Assembly (NCBI GenBank): GCA_963844715.1
Contig: CAWJPJ010000007.1
Location: forward strand, 992,001 to 1,056,000
Reading direction: 5' to 3'
From: an uncultured Phycisphaerales bacterium
Lineage (GTDB): Bacteria; Planctomycetota; Phycisphaerae; Tepidisphaerales; Tepidisphaeraceae
DNA: 64,000 nucleotides
This document shows, piece by piece, positions 56,322 to 64,000 of the stretch (the first letter of the stretch is position 1; each line of letters begins with the position of its first letter). The notes under the pieces are model-generated. The model was given only the letters and a program-made list of their open reading frames with translations. It was not told where the DNA came from and searched no databases. The position numbers were made by a program, and so were the translations under genes.

Positions 56322-58133
56322 ATGACCCGCAATCAATTCGCCGCGCTTGCCTGCCCCTTTCTGCTCGCCGCTTATGCCGTCACCAGTTGGACCGCCTGGG
56401 AACCCAAGGGGATCACCTTCGATGAACCGGTCCACTTTGTCGCCGCGGCCCTTCAGACGCGCGAATCGAATTTCCGACTCGATCCCGAGAATCCGCCTCT
56501 GTGGAAATATTACCTCGCCGTGGCCAATCCCGGCATGAATCTGAAACTCGACGCTCCTCCCGGCGGCGACTCCGATCCGCTGCCCGAGGATCAAACCGTC
56601 CTCGACTATGCGACGACTGCGCTTTACCGCACCCCCGGAAACGCCGCGGGGCGCTGATTAACTCGGGTCGTGCCCGCATGCTCCCCCTTGCCGTGCTTTT
56701 GGGCGGACTGATCGCTTGGTGGTCCTGGCGACTGGGCGGCGCGATCGCCGCCATTGCCGCCACCGCCGTCTATTCCCTCGATCCCAATTTTCTCGCTCAC
56801 GGCCTCCTCATCAAAAACGACGTACCCGTGACTCTGTTGGTCGTTGCCCTGATGTACGCCGTGTGGCGCCACCGGCCAACGCGCAACCATTCTCAATTGC
56901 CTCGCGATCGGGCTTTTCCTCGCCGCCGCGATCTGCACAAAATTCTCCGGGGTCCTCGCTATTCCTCTTCTGGGCGCCTGTCTTTTCATCCGCGCACTCA
57001 TTCCGACTCCATGGCCGATCCTTCGCCGCACCGCCAAATCGTTCGCCCTGCGCCTCCTTGGCGCAATAGCCATCGGCCTTTTCGCGCTGCTTTTTTCCTG
57101 GCTCTTCATCTGGGCCAATTACGAATTCCGTTACGAACCATCCCGCGGAATGGTGACGACCGACATCGACCACGCCACGCAAATTTACGCCACTACCGAT
57201 ACCGTCGTCCGTTTTAACATCCAGATCGATACTCCGCCCGACGAATTTCACCGTGACATCGCCCTCTGGAAACCGGATCAATTCATTCAATCCATCCGAT
57301 GGGTCGATGCACATCATTTGTTTCCCCAATCGTTTCTCGTGGGTTTCATCTACGCGGCGTCATTTACCAAAGCCCACGCCGCGTTCCTGCTGGGAAAGGT
57401 TGCCTTTCGCGGCTGGTGGTATTACTTCCCCCTCGCTATCGCATTCAAAACCCCGCTCGCAACGCTTCTCGCCCTGGCCCTCGCCATCGGAATGCGTTTC
57501 GCCCTCCCACCCCCGCGCGATCTCTGGCTTCTCACCGTCCTGGTCCTCCCCCCAATCGTCTTCATGGCCTCGATGATGCACTCCGCCCTCGACGTCGGCA
57601 TCCGCCATCTCTTTCCCATCTACCCGTTCCTCTACGTTTTCCTCGGCGTCACCGCCGCCCGGGCGACCGCCAAATTCGGTAAACCCGCGATTGTCATCCT
57701 TGCCCTTCTTTTCCTCGGCCTGGCTGTCGAAACCTACGCCGCGTTTCCCGATTTTATTCCTTTCTTCAATGTCGCCTGCGGAGGCTCGCGCGGCGGCGCT
57801 CGCCTCTTGAGCGACTCCAACATCGACTGGGGCCAGGAACTCCCCGATCTGGCCAAGTGGCAGGCCAACAACACCGACTACCAACTCATCCTCTTCTATT
57901 TCGGCTCCGGCGACCCGCGCTACTATGGCATCCATTACGGAAACCTCCCCGGCAGCTTCGCGCCCCCAGACCAACTTTCTCCCACAGGGCAACGCCAGTA
58001 TTACGCCGTAAGCGTCGTGGGACTCCAACTCGGCCCCTACCTAAGCGGCACCGGCGGCCAAATCTTCGACCCCCTAAGAAAAAAAGACCCCGCCAAAATT
58101 CTCGGCGGCGCCCTATACCTCTACGCCCCATAG
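56322..58133 (+). CDS. GT-C glycosyltransferase, copy 6, frameshifted
   Basis: TFDEPVH, ENPPLWK, DPNFLAHG, GWWYYFP, DSNIDWGQEL. Confidence 0.82.
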
Positions 58134-58213
58134 TGAGGGACTTGCTGCCTCCCCGGCTTCTTCCTCATTTCCCTTTTTCCAACGCACTCTTTAACTTAAA
58201 CTCCCCCTCCTGG

Positions 58214-59302
58214 ATGCAATCCGAACGCTCCCAAAACCTGGTCTCGGGGACCGGCGCCGCCCGCCCCTCGCTCGGCGGCACGCGCGAGCAGTTCTCGGCC
58301 GAGGAATTGGCCGTCGTTCTTTCCAACTTCGACATCGGCACCGTTGAATCCGTCGTCGAATTCCCCCGCGGCTCCCGAAAAGCCCCCAAGCTCCTCATCG
58401 TCAGCGAGCAAGGCAAATTCCTCCTCAAACGAAGAGCCCGCGGACGTGATGACCCCTTCAAGGTCGCCTTCACCCATTCCCTTCAGCTCTATCTCGCGGC
58501 CAAGCAGTTCCCGCTCCCGCATCTGATCGGAACCAAGAAGGACAACAACTCGATGCTCCAATGGCGCAACGGCGTCTACGAGCTTTTCGAGTACATCCCC
58601 GGCCAGGCCTTTCCCCAAACCCTCGAGGCCACCTTCGACGCCGGCCGCGTCCTGGGGCTGTTCCATAAGCTCCTCGAGGATTTCAAATCCGAGTGGCAAC
58701 CCCCCAGCGGCAGCTATCATGCCGCCGGCGCCGTCGAGCAGGGCCTGCGATCCATTGGCAACAATATCCCCGCCGGCGAGGAAAACACCGCCCTTCAGCA
58801 GGTCGTCCAATTCCTTTCCTCGAGCTACCGCAAGGGAGCCGAAAAGGTGCAGTCCGCCGGCATCGACAACTGGCCCAAGCAAATCGTCCACGCCGACTGG
58901 CACCCAGGAAACATGCTCTTCCGCGACAACCACGTCGTCGCGGTCCTCGATTACGACAGCGGCCGACTCCTCCCCCGCATCATCGATATCGCCAATGGCG
59001 CCCTCCAATTCTCCATCATCGGCGGCGACGAAGACGTCTCCAAATGGCCCGAATACATCGACGAAACTCGTTATAAACGCTTCCTCCGCGGCTACGACGA
59101 AGTCATGCTCCTCTCCCAGGCCGAAATCCGCACCCTTCCCCCGTTGATGATCGAAGCCCTCATCGCGGAAGCCGTTTTCCCCATCGCCGCCACCGGCTCT
59201 TTCGGTAAAGTGGACGGCATGCCCTTCTTGCAAATGGTGCAAAGAAAAATCGCCTGGCTGCAAAAAAGCTACGATCACCTCGTCGAAGTCGCCGAAGGAT
59301 AA
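58214..59302 (+). CDS. APH-family phosphotransferase (type II homoserine kinase ThrB-like)
   Basis: LSNFDIG N-terminus, VHADWHPGNMLF, VLDYD. Confidence 0.8.
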   Translation: MQSERSQNLVSGTGAARPSLGGTREQFSAEELAVVLSNFDIGTVESVVEFPRGSRKAPKLLIVSEQGKFLLKRRARGRDDPFKVAFTHSLQLYLAAKQFPLPHLIGTKKDNNSMLQWRNGVYELFEYIPGQAFPQTLEATFDAGRVLGLFHKLLEDFKSEWQPPSGSYHAAGAVEQGLRSIGNNIPAGEENTALQQVVQFLSSSYRKGAEKVQSAGIDNWPKQIVHADWHPGNMLFRDNHVVAVLDYDSGRLLPRIIDIANGALQFSIIGGDEDVSKWPEYIDETRYKRFLRGYDEVMLLSQAEIRTLPPLMIEALIAEAVFPIAATGSFGKVDGMPFLQMVQRKIAWLQKSYDHLVEVAEG

Positions 59303-59319
59303 TGGGGTAATAGAGGGGT

Positions 59320-59717
59320 AATGACGAAATTCGAATGACGAATGACGAATCAATTTTCGAATGTCCGAATGACCGAATGACGTTTCGCTCATTCGGTCAT
59401 TCGTCATTACCACATGAAATCACGTCCTATGGCCGTGCGACCCTGTATGGCTCTGCCGCTCCAGAAATTTATCCCCTCTCCCCATGTACCCATGGGGAGA
59501 GGGCTAGGGTGAGGGGCGATTTTCGATCGTCGAGTGCCGCCCCTCACCCTAGCCCTCTCCCCGGAGTACCGGGGCGAGGGGACAGATGCGCGAGGCGCCG
59601 ACAAAAGTCCGAGCGTCGAAAACCCCCACGCCCCCTTCGAGGGGGCCACCTGAAGCCACCCCCTATGGGGGTGGAGCGTTCACTCATTCGTCATTTGTCA
59701 TTTATCATTCGTCATTC
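59320..59717. repeat. Composite intergenic repeat: AATGACG heptamer arrays plus an inverted REP-like doublet
   Basis: AATGACG/TCATTCG arrays at 59320-59408 and 59684-59717; CCCTCTCCCC...GGGGAGAGGGCTAGGGTGAGGGG (59473-59516) and its inverse (59540-59581). Confidence 0.85.
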
Positions 59718-60451
59718 CGCAGCAGCTTGCATTCTGGTCCTTCTCGCGACCCTCCTTATTCCAAGCCTAAAGCTTCTCGCGGACGCCTCGCCTTCCACAC
59801 CTTCCACGCAGCCCGACCTTACTCAATATCGTCAGTGGATCACTCAGCTCGCCGACGCCGATCCCGAAGTGCGAGCAACCGCCTCTCAGAATCTCATGGG
59901 GCTAACCCGGAATGATCTTCCCGAACTTCGTCAGGACGTCCTCAGTCTGCAACCGCTTCTCCCCGTTCAGGCGGATGCCTTGCATGACATCGTTCGGCAG
60001 GTCTATCTCTCCTCCGAGCCCTATCCTCCTCTTCCCCGAGAAGGCTTCCTTGGCGTGAGTTATGAGGCGACCAGAATCGGCGATACTCCCGGCCTGTTGG
60101 TGGCCCAGCGCATTCCGGGATTTGAGGGGTTTCGAATTTTGCCGCAATGGTGATGTCATCGTGAAAATACTGGACATCCCCAATCCGCACTCGCAAAATT
60201 CGCTCGACCTCAAATCCGTCGTGCAAGCCCTCGGTCCCGGCAGTTCAATCGGACTGGAAATCCTTCGCGACGGACGATCGATTGATGTTTCCATCCGCCT
60301 GGCGGCGCGTCCCAGGGACTTGCCGGACTTTGGCTTGGACGGCTCGATCTGGTTCATGGTCCGCGCCCGGAATGCCGAAAAGTATTGGAAGTCCAACTTT
60401 TCCTTCCTGGATCACGATGCTGCCGCCACAGAAGCGGCCTCTAGCCCATGA
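59665..60451 (+). CDS. Exported protein with HEAT-like helix pair and PDZ domain, frameshift near 60135; start uncertain
   Basis: Hydrophobic signal, STQP linker, LADADPEVRATA, GFLGV PDZ loop, LEILRDG. Confidence 0.65.
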
Positions 60452-61444
60452 TCGACCTCTATCGCCCCCTCATCGATCGTCTTTCAAAGAGCCGCCGCGT
60501 GCTCATCACCACGCACGTGCGCCCGGACGGCGACGCCCTTGGCACGTCGGCCGCGATGAGCCTCGCCCTCCGCGCCAAAAACATCGATAGCTACGTGCTG
60601 CTCCTCAGCCGCATGCCCGACAAATACGCCTTCATTTTCCGCGATCACAAAATCGATCACTGCAATCTTGAAGCGAATTGCTCCGATCTCAAGTTCGAGA
60701 ATTTCGATTCCCTCCTCGTCGTCGACACCGGCACCTGGTCCCAGCTCCCCGGCCTGAAGGACCGCCTCAACGGCTTCCCCGGCCCGCGCCTTGTCATGGA
60801 TCATCATCTCACCCAGGAAGATTGGGCCGACGTAAAGCTCGTCGATCCCAAGGCCGCCGCGGCCGGTGAAATCGCCGCCGAGTTGCTGAAGCATTGGCAA
60901 ATCCCGTACGACCCGCCCATCGCCACGGCATTATTTCTCGCCCTAGCAAGCGACACCGGGTGGTTCCAGTTCAGCAATACAACCCCCCACACGCTGCGCC
61001 TGGCCGCCGATCTCATGGAAGCCGGCGTGCAGACCGATCGCATCTATCGTCTGCTCTATCAGAACGAGCGCATTCAGCGCCTAGAGCTTCAAACCCTCGC
61101 CCAGCAATCGCTGGAACTGTTCAAGGACAATCGCTTGGCCGTCATGACTCTCCGCCGCGCCGATTTTGAAAAATGCGGCGCCGATATGACCGACACGGAA
61201 AATCTCATCAACATTCCTCTACAGGTCCAGAGCGTCGAAGCCGCCATGCTAATCGTCGAGCCGCTGGATTCCGGCCCCATCCGAATCAGCCTCCGCAGTA
61301 AAAATCATATCGACGTCGCCAAATTCGCCGAACAATTCGGCGGCGGCGGCCACGCCCGCGCCGCCGGCCTGAAAATCCCCGGCCAAATCGAAGAAGTAAG
61401 AAAAAAAAATCGTCGATTCCCTTCTCTCCGACATGTCACATTGA
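60448..61444 (+). CDS. nrnA: DHH/DHHA1 phosphoesterase (NrnA-like nanoRNase/pAp phosphatase)
   Basis: HVRPDGDA, DHH, SDTGWF, SLRS, GGGGHARAAG; 3' end corrected for an A9 homopolymer. Confidence 0.88.
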
Positions 61445-61452
61445 ACAGCGCT

Positions 61453-61555
61453 GGCACAGAGAGCACAGAGAGCACAGAGGACACGGAGAAAGGCCAAATC
61501 TGAGTTTTAAATCTCAATTTTGAATTCTCTCTGTGTCCTCTGTGTCCTCTGTGCC
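61453..61555. repeat. Inverted array of 9-nt CACAGAGRR repeats forming a long hairpin
   Basis: GGCACAGAGAGCACAGAGAGCACAGAGGACACGGAGAA ... TTCTCTCTGTGTCCTCTGTGTCCTCTGTGCC. Confidence 0.85.
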
Positions 61556-61618
61556 AAAGCTTTTGCTTTTCTGCGACTACCCCATTACGATTTCGCCTCC
61601 AATTTTCAAAGGATTTCC

Positions 61619-62638
61619 ATGCCCGCTCCCCTGAAAATGATCTACGAACAGGACGCCCCCCTCGACGCCTTGAAAGGCAAAACCGTCGCCATCCTCGGCT
61701 TCGGGTCCCAGGGGCATGCCCATGGCCTGAACCTGCGCGACTCCGGCGTCAAAGTCATCGTCGCCAATCGCAAGGATTCCCCCAACGGCAAGCTCGCCAT
61801 TCAGCACGGCTTCGATCCGATGTCCGTCGAGGATGCCGTCAAGGCTGCCGATCTGGTCATCGTCACCCTCCCCGACGAAGTGCAGCCCGGCGTTTACGCC
61901 AAAAGCATCGCCCCGCACCTCAAAGCCGGCAAAGCCTTCGGTGCGACCCACGGCTTCAACATCCATTTCAAAACCATCGTCCCCCCCAAGGATGTCGACA
62001 TCGTCATGGTCGCCCCCAAAGGTCCCGGTCATCTCGTCCGCAGCGAATTCGAAAAAGGCGGCGGCGTCCCCTGTCTCCTGGCCGTCCATCAAAACGCCTC
62101 CGGGAAAGGCCGCGACATCGCGCTGGCCTGGGCCCGAGGCATCGGCGGCGCCCGCTCAGGCGTCATCGAAACCTCCTTCAAGGACGAATGCGAAACCGAT
62201 CTCTTCGGTGAGCAAGCCGTTCTCTGCGGCGGTCTCTCCGCCCTTATCAAGGCGGGATTCGAAACGCTCACCGAAGCCGGCTATCCCCCCGAAATGGCCT
62301 ACTTCGAATGCGTCCACGAAGTGAAGCTCATCGTCGATCTCATCTACCAGGGCGGCCTCGATTACATGCGCTACAGCATCAGCAACACCGCCGAGTACGG
62401 CGATCTCACCCGCGGCCCCCGCATCATCACGCCCGCCGTCAAAGCCGAAATGAAAAAAATCCTCGGCGAAATCACCTCCGGTCAATTCGCCAAGGAATGG
62501 CGCGACGAATACGAAACCGGCATGAAAAATTTCAAACGCCTCTACGAACAAGACAACAATCACCCGGTCGAAGTCACCGGCCGGCGCCTAAGAAAAATGA
62601 TGCCCTGGCTAAAAGCCAAAGAACCCCCCAAGTCCTAA
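61619..62638 (+). CDS. ilvC: Ketol-acid reductoisomerase
   Basis: [45 protein letters not shown]. Confidence 0.97.
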   Translation: MPAPLKMIYEQDAPLDALKGKTVAILGFGSQGHAHGLNLRDSGVKVIVANRKDSPNGKLAIQHGFDPMSVEDAVKAADLVIVTLPDEVQPGVYAKSIAPHLKAGKAFGATHGFNIHFKTIVPPKDVDIVMVAPKGPGHLVRSEFEKGGGVPCLLAVHQNASGKGRDIALAWARGIGGARSGVIETSFKDECETDLFGEQAVLCGGLSALIKAGFETLTEAGYPPEMAYFECVHEVKLIVDLIYQGGLDYMRYSISNTAEYGDLTRGPRIITPAVKAEMKKILGEITSGQFAKEWRDEYETGMKNFKRLYEQDNNHPVEVTGRRLRKMMPWLKAKEPPKS

Positions 62639-62650
62639 TCGATTGCGAAG

Positions 62651-62672
62651 CCGGGGGTGCTTGCACCCCCGG
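62651..62672. terminator. Hairpin between convergent ilvC and the TylF gene
   Basis: CCGGGGGTGC-TT-GCACCCCCGG perfect inverted repeat. Confidence 0.55.
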
Positions 62673-62678
62673 ATCCCT

Positions 62679-63315
62679 TCACAACTTGATAATCACCGCC
62701 TGCCCCGTGGGAAAATAGACCGGCCGCTCCGGTTTTTCCCGGAAAAAGTCATCCACCGCCTTTTTCGCCCCCGGACACGAGGGGAAACCGTAATCGTCGA
62801 ATACGATGATTCCCGCCCGATTCATTCGCGGATAAAAAAACTCACAGCAAGCCAGCACCGATGAATAAATATCCACGTCCACATGGACCAGCGCGGAACC
62901 GTCTCCCCTCGATCGCTTCCGCCGTCGCGGGAAACAGCCCTGGATAGATCTTTGCGTTAGGCATATCGGACAAAAACTGTCTCACCGATTCAACCGACGT
63001 GTCCGCGAACTCCCCTGTTTTGTGCCAGTCTTTTTTCGGATCGACGGTCGGCAATCCTTCAAACGTATCGAAGAGGTCAACAATTTTGCCCGATTTGCGC
63101 AACACCGCCGCCAATAGCCGCGCCGTTCCTCCCCGATAGACGCCCACTTCTGCCGCGCCGCCCTCCAGTTTCTCCACGGCCAGGGCGAATTGATAAAGCA
63201 GATACATTCGCCCCGGATCCACCAGACTTCGCGTCTTCGCCTGCGCCAGGAGTGTTCGAAACATCTCGTCCGTCTCCCAGAGCTGTAGTACCCGATGATC
63301 GATCGATTCGCCCAT
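62679..63315 (-). CDS. TylF/MycF/NovP-family O-methyltransferase, frameshift near 62893
   Basis: AEVGVYRGG, FDTFEGLP, HVDVDIY, IVFDDYG. Confidence 0.88.
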
Positions 63316-63330
63316 GCCAAACAGTCTAAC

Positions 63331-63375
63331 AAAAAAAGAAGCCCCGGCGTCTCGAGTGAGAGTCCCCGGGGCTTC
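63331..63375 (-). terminator. Intrinsic terminator closing the structured RNA
   Basis: GAAGCCCCGG...CCGGGGCTTC followed by T7 on the minus strand. Confidence 0.85.
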
Positions 63376-63634
63376 GATTTTAGCCGCAAGCTGCTGCAAG
63401 CAGCCGCGTTCATCGCGGGAGTCTCACCCGCGAAAGCTGCTTACGGCAGCTTGCTCGTACAGTCACAATAGGTCACAGGATCACCTCCATTTCTGACTTG
63501 AGCGGCACAAACGAGGCCGTCTCAAGGGCCACGCCAAGCCGTCACGGAGCCATCGCTCCGCCGCCGGGCTCTCACTCCCGGAAACGCCTTTCCGGAAACG
63601 TCAGACAAGGTCGCCAGGGAGCACTCAGGCGACC
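63331..63634 (-). ncRNA. Putative ~300-nt structured RNA/leader with 11-aa sORF; no family recognised
   Basis: Promoter TTGAAA-18-TAAGAT (63669-63640), multiple hairpins, extended SD and a terminator. Confidence 0.55.
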
Positions 63635-63762
63635 CGCCCATCTTAGCCAAACCGCAGACAAATTTTCAATGACGCGGTTCACGCTTCGCGAGATATTTAG
63701 CGGCGCGTGCCCGGCACCATGTTCCTCTCCCCCGAGCCGCACCCCCCAGCTACAATGAGTTC

Positions 63763-63993
63763 ATGCCTCCACCCCAACTAACCCCCGACCAGATCGATCA
63801 AACCTTCCTCGAAATCCGCTGGCGCACCCTCTCCCTGGGCGCCGATCTGGATCGCCTCGACAGAGCAAGGATAAATGACCCGCGCCGCGAAAAACTGAAA
63901 CAAGCCCTGCGAATACTTTTGGAAGAAAACAGCCCCACGAGAGCCGAGAAAATCCAGCTTCTCCACAGCGACCCCCTGGCAACTGGCAACTAG
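63763..63993 (+). CDS. Small helical hypothetical protein (76 aa), probably leaderless
   Basis: TACAAT 6 nt before ATG; FLEIR...LDRLDRA...DPRREKL amphipathic helices. Confidence 0.7.
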   Translation: MPPPQLTPDQIDQTFLEIRWRTLSLGADLDRLDRARINDPRREKLKQALRILLEENSPTRAEKIQLLHSDPLATGN

Positions 63994-64000
63994 CCGCAGG

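Noticed and set aside
58214..59302. Direct functional link of the ThrB-II-like kinase to the SAM-regulated thrC-like operon
   Set aside because: It could supply O-phosphohomoserine, but it is 27 kb away and APH-family substrate specificity cannot be assigned from sequence alone.
59320..61555. Short repeat arrays as CRISPR
   Set aside because: The units are 7-9 nt with no unique spacers, and no cas genes are present.
512..63315. Widespread frameshifts (gspD/K/L, thrC-like, miaB, leuC, ABC genes, GT-C copies) as pseudogenisation or programmed frameshifting
   Set aside because: They are short indels, often at homopolymers or GC-rich runs, they hit housekeeping genes, and there are almost no nonsense codons. 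This is best explained as long-read sequencing error; polishing would settle it.
63478..63494. GGATCACCTCCATTTCT resembling a 16S rRNA 3' end
   Set aside because: No other rRNA sequence flanks it; it is better read as an extended SD on the minus strand.

Overview
GC-rich bacterial chromosomal window, most likely Planctomycetota of the Phycisphaerae/Tepidisphaera type. This is inferred from two giant proteins with the planctomycete extracellular 'E-x-LE-x-R-LL-S' leader, ATQP/TTAP linkers and A|FTLIE prepilin sites. Many conserved genes are broken by short indels, which looks like uncorrected long-read error rather than decay, so CDS limits below are reconstructed across frames. Order: GH28 polygalacturonase with Ig stalk; 2320-aa propeller + 18-Ig adhesin-like protein; Fur/Zur-permease metal operon; ECF sigma/anti-sigma/Spy-like genes directly upstream of a type II secretion cluster (gspE-F-G-H-I-J-K-L-M-C-D plus a lipoprotein); SAM-I riboswitch-thrC-like-moaD-NIL; rnr; pfkB; hicBA; IS5-family element; GNAT; miaB; two small RHH-like paralogues; atypical kinase-leuC; metallophosphoesterase; ABC exporter followed by six tandem GT-C glycosyltransferase paralogues; APH/homoserine-kinase-like gene; nested intergenic repeats; PDZ protein; DHH phosphoesterase; ilvC; TylF methyltransferase; an unannotated ~300-nt structured RNA with an 11-aa CxC sORF. 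The best candidates for undescribed biology are the structured RNA/sORF (63331-63669), the six-gene GT-C array with per-gene promoters, the SAM-regulated ThrC/MoaD/NIL homocysteine route and the ECF-linked T2SS with a pilin-like lipoprotein. All family calls come from motif recognition; no database searches were run.
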